Source: Eledone cirrhosa (lineage: Eukaryota). Taken from it: 64,000 bases of DNA. The position numbers and the translations under genes are program-made. Positions 52,705 through 64,000 of the stretch are shown in pieces; within the stretch, counting starts at the first letter, position 1; each line of letters starts with the position of its first letter. Below the pieces are notes generated by a model that saw only the letters and a list, made by a program, of their open reading frames with translations, had not been told where the DNA came from and did no database searches. The stretch lies in contig OZ024743.1 in the NCBI GenBank assembly GCA_964016885.1, positions 99,758,001 to 99,822,000 on the forward strand. The letters run 5' to 3'.

Positions 52705-53120
52705 GTTTCATTTATTGGCCACGTCTGACATATAGGGGACAATACAAAGACAGGGACAGTGGAGGGGGGTTACAATACAATTGAGTGAAAATACACAATA
52801 ACAAAACCAATTTAACAATGAAAAAATATGAAAATAAAATACAAATAAAAATAAAAATATTAAAAGATAAATTCCCCAATGGGGATGGGGTGAACTACCC
52901 AGGGGCGACTCAGGTACCCCACCAATCCTGAAATGCCCGATGCTTCGGGAGCACCCGGAAAGGGCATCCCTCTCCTCTTCAAGTTAACCAGCCTACAGGC
53001 ACATGCTTAGAGTAGGCCCATTCATGTGGGCCATTCTTGCCACATTCACCCACCTTTTAGCAAATGTACTGGGAGGCAGCACTTCTCTCTCCACCATCAC
53101 CTTCCTTTCCAAGTGAAACA
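52646..53120 (-). mobile_element. Tx1-like LINE 3' fragment from a divergent subfamily, (ATT)n tail
   Basis: Minus strand reads FHLERKVMVEREVLPPSTFAKRWVNVARMAHMNGPTLSMCL* (stop at 52993-52995), homologous to the C-termini at 31352 and about 63285. Confidence 0.8.
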
Positions 53121-53786
53121 AGAAGAAGAAGAAGAAGAAAGAAAGAATGCGCAGCTTTATTTGAAACATATGGGAAAGGAATCATAGAAGCTATCTAGAA
53201 GTTATTGCCATGCATGTCTTGTTCTCTGCTTACAAATACAATTATTGTTAGTGTTCAAAGCAATGTCAGTCTTGTTTTAAATATTTGTAAAAAAATAAAT
53301 AATTTGATATTTTACAAGCAAGTCCTATAACATCTTGCTAGTTTCTGTGTGAATGAGATATTGTCACATTCCAAATGATGATTTTTTTTTTCTTTTTAAT
53401 ATTTCTGCTGCACAAAGAAAATATGAAAGTAATGGTATGAAACAGAACCATAGTGCACTATATTCTATCTTTTTGAAATTCTTCTCTACTACTCAAAGAA
53501 TTTCTTTCTTTCTTCTCATTCTTTCTACTCCATTCCCTATTTCACTCCTTCCTTCCCTTTCCACTCCTCTCTAATCCACTATTAGATATCTTCTTAAAAT
53601 AGGGCTCTCACCACCATCCCCAACCACTAAGAAACCTATAAATATCAACCACTGTCTATTTCACTTGACATTCCTGGTGAGTTCATACGAATGAAACAGT
53701 TCTAGTCCTGTAGTAGCCATTTCTATATTAAATGATGATGCTTACACTTTGCTAATGTATTGAGTACCTTTTTTAATTGTAATTAC

Positions 53787-53817
<31 letters not shown>

Positions 53818-53859
53818 CTGATTTTACTCGGGATCTACAAATATTATATATACACATAA

Positions 53860-54480
53860 TATATAAATGTCTACTCAAAGCAACAGACTCAAAGCTGGAC
53901 AAGTTGAACACAAGATGTTCAGCAGTCAGACTGAGGGCCAATCATACAAAAACAAATTACATGAAGTCCAAAGACATATGGGCAAGTTGTGGTTGGAGGG
54001 GGAAAGAAATTAAGGAGGGGGAAAGTTGTCTATATCTCAGTCACAACATGAATAATGAGATTTTGTGGAGAATAAGATGAGGATGGAGAGTGTTGAACAC
54101 AGCAAAAGATGTACTGAAAGTAAACCTCAACAAATCTCTTCAGTAGCACATTTCTACCTGCAATGCTCTATACCAGTGAAATTTGAGCGATGATGAAGAG
54201 GGCTGAACAGCAGTTAATAATGGCACAAAGAGCCATGGAAGGGTCAATGCTGGGAATCTCCTTGAGAGATCACATCCGAAGGAGATCAGGGAAAGAACTG
54301 GAGTGAAGGACGTTAATGCCAAATACCATCTAAACATGGGCTGAACATATCACATGGTTCATTGATAATCAGTGGACCCATGCTGTTGTCAAATGGTACC
54401 TGCACAAGATGGAACAACTACTCAGAAAGCCTTCACTTAGATGGATTGACAATATATATGGATGAAATGCTGTGGACAGC
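53860..54480 (+). mobile_element. Old degenerate RTE-clade LINE fragment
   Basis: Broken frames give NHTKTNYM, YLSHN, AQRAMEGSMLGISLRDHI, WAEHI and QWTHAVVKWY. Confidence 0.7.
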
Positions 54481-54736
54481 AGATTCAAAGCAACATCAAA
54501 CAATCTGATCACCTCAACTGGCCAGATCTGTGAGATTCCCAGCATTGACCCTTCCATTGCTATCTTTCCGTTGCAATGCCATCATTGTTTGTTTACATGT
54601 CTCGCTCATTTCACCCTATTTTACTTGTCCCAATAACTTTATTTAGTTATTGCTTGCACCAACCAGAGGTATATGATTTTTAAAGTGATGAAATACCAAT
54701 GAAAGTTGGAAGATCACTGATAAAGGACTAATTTTA

Positions 54737-54775
<39 letters not shown>

Positions 54776-55128
54776 ATCTTCATCATCATCCTCATCATCC
54801 CTATTTTACATCTATGCTGGCATGGGTTGGACAGGCTGTTATTCAAAGTTACAACCCACCTAGTTCTAAGTTTTGGCATCGTTTCTATGTCAAGATGTCC
54901 TACTCAACACCAACCACTTAACACAATGTACGAGGTGCATTTTATTATGACTCCAGCACAAGAGAGATTATCACGTCCTCAACAAGGCTAAAGAGTCTTC
55001 CTTACTCTATATTGTCAACACTTTACAGAGTGTAATGGATGCATTTTATTACGGTGTAAACACTAAAGAAGTTGCCTTCTAAATGGTATAAGTCCACTTT
55101 ACTCTGTCATCTCCTTTCTTTCAAGGCA

Positions 55129-55293
55129 AAAGTGTTGCCCAAGAGTGAAACATGGAGGAAAGTGAAGCACAAGAGTGAAACATGGAGGAAAGGGTTGCCC
55201 AAGAGTGAAACATGGAGGAAAGTGAAGCACAAGAGTGAAACATGGAGGAAAGGGTTGCCCAAGAGTGAAACATGGAGGAAAGTGATGCCCAAG
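55129..55293 (+). repeat. 30-bp minisatellite, about 5.5 copies, with alternating variants (60-bp higher order)
   Basis: AAGAGTGAAACATGGAGGAAAG is followed alternately by TGAAGCAC and GGTTGCCC. Confidence 0.92.
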
Positions 55294-55706
55294 ATGATAA
55301 ACAAGGATAGAATATGAATATCAGTGGGAAAGAGGAAAAGTGACAGGATAATAGGTTTATTAGAATACATTATTAAATGTTAGCATGCAACTTAAATGTA
55401 TGTAAGAGCAAGACTGTCAAAAACATAATATATTGCACTAACTGCACGTTAACTTCATTGTGTGTATTTTGTTTATATTTCTGGCCATTTTTTAAATTCT
55501 ATATTGCTTCAGTTTATTTGTCAGGAATAGAGATCATATTATCTGTGAATACTACCTGGGATAAACTAGCATCCTATCAAAGGTAAAATGTATCCTCCAT
55601 TATTTCATTAACACTTCTGTCACCATATTTATAATGAAGTATTCAAATTAATTAATGAAGAATTTGAAAGGATTTACTTAAATTATTGATTATTTCATTA
55701 TTGTTA

Positions 55707-56177
55707 CTAGCAGAAAAACCACCCTTCGGGTAGTTTTCTGCTAGCATGTGTAGTGTGTATATTGATATTATACGCAAGTATATATACATGTAGATATGAT
55801 ACATCAAATAAAATCGTAGTTGACAATATACACAGAAATTGAACAAAGACTGTCTTACACTGTCTTATGTAATCAGGAACGTAATCCATGATACATTAAA
55901 AAAAGACAATATTATATATAAACTACATTAGGAGAAAATTAGTGACAGAAAATATATGAATGTTTATTTAAGCGATCGCTAACCGGAAGTGTTGACATTT
56001 GAAAATTTTAAAGAAGTGAATCTTTAAATAAACAATAAAATATTTTTAATCAACAGCCACGAAATTATGTAATATCCATTCATTATTTATTCAAAGTAAT
56101 CCAACTTATTTTACTAAGGGGATAAAAAATTATAAACCGTATGCAGTCCCGCACTCCTTACTTTATTATAGTTTAGA
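55707..56177 (-). mobile_element. Non-autonomous Helitron inserted at A|T in a family-A MITE (55612-56316)
   Basis: On the minus strand it starts A|TCTAAACTATAATAAAG and ends with hairpin ACCCGAAGGGT..CTAG|T. There is no TSD, and the flanks rejoin to MITE-A sequence. Confidence 0.75.
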
Positions 56178-56444
56178 TAGTATTTTTGGTAGAACTTAAC
56201 AAAAGGTTCTCATATCAAATTATTTTGGAGGATTTTTATTTGAATAAGAACCATTTAAAATGGATAGTTTTGTTTCGTAACCAGAGACGGCTTTGGGTGA
56301 GTTGATATTAAAAGGGCTAATGTCATGAAATCACCAGGCTTTAACCCTTTCATGACTGTATTTCTAATGGAATACACACTATTTGAATTAATTCATGAAA
56401 AATTTGGGGTGATTTAATAAAATTCTTAATTATTTCTTTACAAA

Positions 56445-59400
56445 GATGGTTAACTTAATATATGTTCTTGTACGGTGGGACACACGGTGGGACACACGAT
56501 GGTTAACTTAATATATGTTCTTGTACGGTGGGACACACGGTGGGACACACGATGGTTAACTTAATATATGTTCTTGTACGGTGGGACACACGATGGTTAA
56601 CTTAATATATGTTCTTGTACGGTGGGACACACGGTGGGACACACGATGGTTAACTTAATATATGTTCTTGTACGGTGGGACACACGGTGGGACACACGAT
56701 GGTTAACTTAATATATGTTCTTGTACGGTGGGACACACGGTGGGACACACGATGGTTAACTTAATATATGTTCTTGTACGGTGGGACACACGGTGGGACA
56801 CACGATGGTTAACTTAATATATGTTCTTGTACGGTGGGACACACGGTGGGACACACGATGGTTAACTTAATATATGTTCTTGTACGGTGGGACACACGGT
56901 GGGACACACGGTGGTTAACTTAATATATGTTCTTGTACGGTGGGACACACGGTGGTTAACTTAATATATGTTCTTGTACGGTGGGACACACGATGGTTAA
57001 CTTAATATATGTTCTTGTACGGTGGGACACACGGTGGGACACACGATGGTTAACTTAATATATGTTCTTGTACGGTGGGACACACGGTGGGACACACGAT
57101 GGTTAACTTAATATATGTTCTTGTACGGTGGGACACACGGTGGTTAACTTAATATATGTTCTTGTACGGTGGGACACACGGTGGGACACACGATGGTTAA
57201 CTTAATATATGTTCTTGTACGGTGGGACACACGGTGGTTAACTTAATATATGTTCTTGTACGGTGGGACACACGGTGGGACACACGATGGTTAACTTAAT
57301 ATATGTTCTTGTACGGTGGGACACACGGTGGTTAACTTAATATATGTTCTTGTACGGTGGGACACACGGTGGGACACACGATGGTTAACTTAATATATGT
57401 TCTTGTACGGTGGGACACACGGTGGGACACACGATGGTTAACTTAATATATGTTCTTGTACGGTGGGACACACGGTGGGACACACGATGGTTAACTTAAT
57501 ATATGTTCTTGTACGGTGGGACACACGGTGGGACACACGATGGTTAACTTAATATATGTTCTTGTACGGTGGGACACACGGTGGGACACACGGTGGTTAA
57601 CTTAATATATGTTCTTGTACGGTGGGACACACGGTGGGACACACGATGGTTAACTTAATATATGTTCTTGTACGGTGGGACACACGGTGGGACACACGAT
57701 GGTTAACTTAATATATGTTCTTGTACGGTGGGACACACGGTGGTTAACTTAATATATGTTCTTGTACGGTGGGACACACGGTGGGACACACGATGGTTAA
57801 CTTAATATATGTTCTTGTACGGTGGGACACACGGTGGTTAACTTAATATATGTTCTTGTACGGTGGGACACACGGTGGGACACACGATGGTTAACTTAAT
57901 ATATGTTCTTGTACGGTGGGACACACGGTGGGACACACGATGGTTAACTTAATATATGTTCTTGTACGGTGGGACACACGGTGGGACACACGATGGTTAA
58001 CTTAATATATGTTCTTGTACGGTGGGACACACGGTGGGACACACGATGGTTAACTTAATATATGTTCTTGTACGGTGGGACACACGGTGGGACACACGGT
58101 GGTTAACTTAATATATGTTCTTGTACGGTGGGACACACGGTGGTTAACTTAATATATGTTCTTGTACGGTGGGACACACGATGGTTAACTTAATATATGT
58201 TCTTGTACGGTGGGACACACGGTGGGACACACGATGGTTAACTTAATATATGTTCTTGTACGGTGGGACACACGGTGGGACACACGATGGTTAACTTAAT
58301 ATATGTTCTTGTACGGTGGGACACACGGTGGGACACACGATGGTTAACTTAATATATGTTCTTGTACGGTGGGACACACGGTGGGACACACGATGGTTAA
58401 CTTAATATATGTTCTTGTACGGTGGGACACACGGTGGGACACACGATGGTTAACTTAATATATGTTCTTGTACGGTGGGACACACGGTGGGACACACGAT
58501 GGTTAACTTAATATATGTTCTTGTACGGTGGGACACACGGTGGGACACACAGTGGGACACACGGTGGGACACACGATGGTTAACTTAATATATGTTCTTG
58601 TACGGTGGGACACACGGTGGGACACACGATGGTTAACTTAATATATGTTCTTGTACGGTGGGACACACGGTGGGACACACGATGGTTAACTTAATATATG
58701 TTCTTGTACGGTGGGACACACGGTGGGACACACGGTGGTTAACTTAATATATGTTCTTGTACGGTGGGACACACGGTGGTTAACTTAATATATGTTCTTG
58801 TACGGTGGGACACACGGTGGGACACACGGTGGTTAACTTAATATATGTTCTTGTACGGTGGGACACACGGTGGGACACACAGTGGGACACACGGTGGGAC
58901 ACACGATGGTTAACTTAATATATGTTCTTGTACGGTGGGACACACGGTGGGACACACGATGGTTAACTTAATATATGTTCTTGTACGGTGGGACACACGG
59001 TGGGACACACGATGGTTAACTTAATATATGTTCTTGTACGGTGGGACACACGGTGGGACACACAGTGGGACACACGGTGGGACACACGATGGTTAACTTA
59101 ATATATGTTCTTGTACGGTGGGACACACGGTGGGACACACGATGGTTAACTTAATATATGTTCTTGTACGGTGGGACACACGGTGGGACACACGGTGGTT
59201 AACTTAATATATGTTCTTGTACGGTGGGACACACGGTGGTTAACTTAATATATGTTCTTGTACGGTGGGACACACGGTGGGACACACGGTGGTTAACTTA
59301 ATATATGTTCTTGTACGGTGGGACACACGGTGGTTAACTTAATATATGTTCTTGTACGGTGGGACACACGGTGGTTAACTTAATATATGTTCTTGTACGG

Positions 59401-59981
59401 TGGGACACACGGTGGTTAACTTAATATATGTTCTTGTACGGTGGGACACACGGTGGGACACACGGTGGTTAACTTAATATATGTTCTTGTACGGTGGGAC
59501 ACACGGTGGTTAACTTAATATATGTTCTTGTACGGTGGGACACACGGTGGGACACACGGTGGGACACACAGTGGGACACACGGTGGGACACACGATGGTT
59601 AACTTAATATATGTTCTTGTACGGTGGGACACACGGTGGTTAACTTAATATATGTTCTTGTACGGTGGGACACACGGTGGTTAACTTAATATATGTTCTT
59701 GTACGGTGGGACACACGGTGGGACACACGATGGTTAACTTAATATATGTTCTTGTACGGTGGGACACACGGTGGTTAACTTAATATATGTTCTTGTACGG
59801 TGGGACACACGGTGGTTAACTTAATATATGTTCTTGTACGGTGGGACACACGGTGGTTAACTTAATATATGTTCTTGTACGGTGGGACACACGGTGGGAC
59901 ACATGGTGGGACACACAGTGGGACACACGGTGGGACACACGATGGTTAACTTAATATATGTTCTTGTACGGTGGGACACAC
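56445..59981 (+). repeat. Two-module minisatellite: 29-bp module A (G(A/G)TGGTTAACTTAATATATGTTCTTGTAC) plus 1-4 copies of 12-bp module B (GGTGGGACACAC), roughly 70 units
   Basis: Direct reading. Unit lengths are 41, 53 and 77 bp with almost no point divergence. Copy number is estimated from length. Confidence 0.98.
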
Positions 59982-61904
59982 TATGGTCACCCGGATAGTA
60001 AACCAAGCCATACAGAATGGGGCCGTTCCGAAGGACTGGCGTAGCAGCATCATCATTAACTGCTACAAGGGTAAAGGAGATGCCCTAGATAGGGGTAACT
60101 ATAGAGGCATTAAATTAATCGACCAGGTCATGAAGGTCACAGAAAAAGTAATAGCGCAACTAATCAGAGAACGAATTGATCTAGATGAAATGCAGTTTGG
60201 GTTTGTGTCAGGTAAAAGTACAACAGACGCTCTCTTCATTGTACGACAACTACAGGAGAAGTACCTAGCTAAAAGTAAACCCATATACTTAGGTTTTGTT
60301 GACTTGGAGAAAGCCTTTGACAGACTACCCCGCTCCATTATCTGGTGGGCTCTTAGAAAACTAGGTGGTGATGAATGGCTTGTGAGAGCTATACAAGCCA
60401 TGTATAAAGAAACAGTCAGCAAGGTTAGAATTAACAACGAATATAGTGAAGAGTTTAGCATAAAAGTTGGTGTTCATCAGGGCTCCGTTCTTAGCCCCCT
60501 ACTATTTATTATTGCCCTTCAGGCTATAACAGATAGTTCAAGACCGGCTGCCCATGGGAACTCCTATATGCAGATGATTTAATGCTCATAGCTGAATCAA
60601 TGGCTGAACTAGAGAAGAAATTCCAAACATGGAAGCATGGCCTAAAATCAAAAGGCCTTAAAGTTAACTTGTCTAAGACTAAAGTTCTAGTTTGTAGGAA
60701 AGAAAATAGGGCACCGGTCCCATCTGGGAAATGGCCATGCTCAGTGTGTAGGAAAGGAGTAGGCAGAAACTCCATTTTATGTCCCAAATGTAAAGTATGG
60801 GTGCATAAAAGATGTAGCGGGATCACAGGTAAGCTAACTAAGAATATAGATTTTATATGTGGCCGGTGCTCTGGTGCAATAAGTAGCAGCAAGTGCCTAC
60901 AGAATACTAGCTCATTCCATTGCACAGATGGTTCTATAGAAATAGTGGACACCTTCCGTTACCTGGGTGACAAAATCAGCAGTGGGAGAGGGTGCTCTGA
61001 AAGTACCGTAGCTAGAGTAAGAACGGGATGGAAAAAGTTCAGAGAGCTTATACCACTATTGGTCGCTAAAGGGTTCTCTCTAAAAATGAAAGGCAGGCTG
61101 TATGATGCCTGCATACGAACAGCAATGTTACATGGCAGTAAGACCTGGGCATTGTGTGCAGAGGATATACTCAGACTGGAGAGGAACGAAGCTTGCATGC
61201 TCTGCTGGATGTGTAATAGTAATATACGTGAACGGCAAAGCATAAACGAACTAAGGGAGAAATTAGGAATAAGAGGGATCAGATGCTGTTTACTCGAGAG
61301 AAGACTATGTTGGTACGGTTACGTAATGCGCATGAAAGACGACAGCTGTATAAAAAAGTGCAGGGCGATAAAAATAGACGGTAGCCACGGAGTAGGCAGA
61401 CCCAGAAAAACCTGGGACGACTTGATAAATTCCGACCTCACACACTTACACCTCTCCAAGACAATATCACTGGACCAAGATCTTTGGCGCTACACAGTAA
61501 TACAGAAGACCCGCCTTACCTAAGTACAAAGTGAAACCTACAGTCAGTAGGCACCTCTAACAAAAATACACCCCTGTCCCACTACCCCCACCCCATCCAC
61601 ACCACCCGCTTCAATGTGAAGTTATGTTGGTACCACAACATCCAGTCCGAAACAAATGAGGTCGTGTAGGTGTCATGACAAAAAAACCCACAGTCCACGC
61701 TATAATGTGGCCGTGTAGGTAACACGGTAAGAACCTCCCAGTCCACACTGTAAACGTGGTTGGTGTTAGGAAGGGCATCCAGCCGTAGAAAACCCACCAG
61801 ACAGTCCTATACGAGCAGGACAACCAATCTTGCCTCAAGTGGGAAAACTCACATCCAAACCCATGCAAGCGTGGAAGATGGACGTTAAACGATGATGATG
61901 ATGA
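59970..61904 (+). mobile_element. 5'-truncated RTE-clade LINE: RT with an internal PHD finger, one frameshift near 60533, (GAT)n tail, TGTAC TSD
   Basis: NYRGIKL, QFGF, FVDLEKAFD, GVHQGSVLSPLLF, then in the second frame GCPWELLYADD (YADD near 60567-60578), FRYLG and GRPRKTW. TGTAC occurs at 59965-59969 and 61905-61909. Confidence 0.95.
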
Positions 61905-63025
61905 TGTACAAGATTATGACAGAAGATTTTAATTTAAATAGGAACCCTTTAAAATGAGTAGTTTTGTTACGCAGTAATACAGAAGACCCAACTTCCCACG
62001 AATACAAGGCGAAGCTGAAGCATATAGACAGTATGCCCCCACCTCTTCCCACTGTAAAGTGGTCATGTAGGATCATGACAAAAAAGCACCCAGTCCACAC
62101 TGTAAATGAGGTTGGTGTTACGAAGGGCATCCAGCTGTAGAAATCAAGCCAAAATCAGTTCTGTATGGTCAAGACATGGTCACCTGACTTGGCATTGCCC
62201 ACAACAGGATAACCCATGTGTGGAAGAATGGACATAAAACAGTGAGGGGGAGCACAAGGGGCTGTTTCAGACAGTTTGGTATAATGTTAGAACACCATTA
62301 CATTGACAATTTAAAATTATCACATTTAAATTGCTGTTAGTAACAACATTCACATAATCTCCCCACTAACAAAAAAAAAAAGTGAAAGAAGCTATTTACA
62401 GACTTTAGTGAAGTCTATTATCAGTGAAGATTGAAGAGTTAATCACCCTGGACAGTAGGGAAATTATTCTTGTTTCATGCTTGTTTCATTGAGACAATTG
62501 ACAGTACTTGTTGGGTTGAGACTTGTAAATGTCTTCTACATAATCAGATTAAATATTGAAATGTCTAACTTACTCATAATACGATTATACATTTTATCAG
62601 ACTATCAACCTCATCCTTAGAGGTGAAACATTTCTTTTTAATATTCTGATCTACACTAAATTTTGATCACTTTGATCTCTGATTATGAACAGATGTCTTA
62701 TCCAGAGATATGTAGATAATACCAGACTGGAGTCAAACTAGGAATCTTTATTTTTAAACTACCTCTCTCTCTGCTGTATATGTATATCATCATCATTATC
62801 TCTGTTAAACATCCACTTTTCCACACTGGCATGGGTTAGACAAGTAATCCTGCTGTGAGCAATGCCAGGTCAGGTGAATATGTCTTGCTCGTACAGAACT
62901 GATTTTGGCTTAGTTTCTACTGCTGTATGTCCTTCCTGGTGCCAACCTCACAACCACTTTACAGTGTGGGCTGGAGGTTTCACTGGATGTATGCTTCAAC
63001 TTGTCCTCATGAGATATATATATAT

Positions 63026-63061
<36 letters not shown>

Positions 63062-64000
63062 ATTTCTTTATTATCCACAAGGGCACAAAAGAAGGGACAA
63101 ATACAAATGGGGAGTTTACATACAGGTATATGAAAATAAAACTATTAATAAAACAACAAAAAACAATTGAAATCCCCAATAGGGGGGAGGTGACACACAG
63201 GGGTTGTACACACCCCGAAAAAATGTACAACCCTCATCTCCAGGAGCACCAAGAGTGAGTACTCCCTTCCTCTTTTTCCTCAACCTACAGGCTTATATAG
63301 AGAGAAGGCCCAACCACTCAGGCCATCTTTGCCACATTCACCCACCTTTTATAAAATTTTCTGGTGAACAGTACCTCTCTCTCAATCCTGATTCTTCTTC
63401 CAAAATGATATTTGAAAAAACGAATCAGTTGCTCGCCGGAGAGAAAGGTGTCTGACCTCAGCCCTTTTAACCTCGTCCACCATATAACCTCTTTCATCAT
63501 AGCGTTTTTGAAGGAGGATGGCGATTTGATCATGACAATGGACTCAGTGGTCAACTGGATTGGTCCCACCCGCGACAATAGTCGTTCTACATAGCCCCAC
63601 AGGTCGGTAACGCCCGGGCAGTGTGCAAATGCGTGTGCGACGGTTTCCTCGTCGTGCACGCATCTCGGACAGATCTTTTTCGAAGGGTCCCTACTCGGGC
63701 GCCCGTGTAGAGCTTGTCTCGAACTGGTAGAGCTCCTCGGTAGCACTGCCAGGCCAGGGACTTTTGGAAGTTGTCCATTGGTCCTGGGCGGAAGGTCCTA
63801 CCGAACAGACTGGCCAGTTCGTCCTCCTCTATGCCTAGAGTTTCTCCGAGCGTGTCGTCGTACTTGCTGCGGACCAACCCTCTATAGAATGTCGAAGTGG
63901 AGTTTCCACTGATCGCCGGGTCCGTTTGCCAGAGGACTGTGAGCGCCTTGGCACATTCAATATGCCAGTCGCCCATTTTCCTCGGTCTTTGCTTGACTTA
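63026..64000 (-). mobile_element. L1-clade Tx1-like LINE 3' part (continues beyond the window), same family as 29823-31605
   Basis: WQCYRGALPVRDKLY and the CCHC knuckle CPRCVHDEETVAHAFAHCP; same 3' UTR and (TATC)n tail. Confidence 0.92.

Noticed and set aside
56445-59981. CRISPR-like look: a constant 29-bp repeat with variable-length intervening sequence next to a reverse transcriptase
   Set aside because: The intervening parts are only 1-4 copies of one 12-mer, not unique spacers. There are no cas genes, the context is eukaryotic, and the RT is an RTE LINE.

Overview
This is AT-rich, repeat-dense eukaryotic (animal) non-coding DNA. I found no host protein-coding exon, tRNA, rRNA or CRISPR array that I can support. 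The repeats include Deu/Nin-like tRNA-SINEs, RTE LINEs with (GAT)n tails, CR1, L1-Tx1, an R4/Dong remnant, TTAA-flanked piggyBac-like MITEs, non-autonomous Helitrons and very long microsatellites. This mix resembles coleoid cephalopod (probably octopod) intronic or intergenic DNA; that assignment is an inference from recalled repeat families. All long ORFs are either simple-repeat artefacts or retrotransposon remnants. Five signals stand out. (1) An RTE reverse transcriptase has a complete C4HC3 PHD finger inserted between RT motifs 6 and 7. (2) A 3.5-kb two-module minisatellite is built from the host/LINE 5' junction of that RTE. (3) Two more large arrays expanded from inside identifiable transposon copies. 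(4) One MITE family is repeatedly interrupted by other elements. (5) There are several fold-back structures and a CpG-retaining promoter/first-exon candidate near 29.2-29.5 kb. Coordinates and copy numbers were read by eye and may be off by a few bases.
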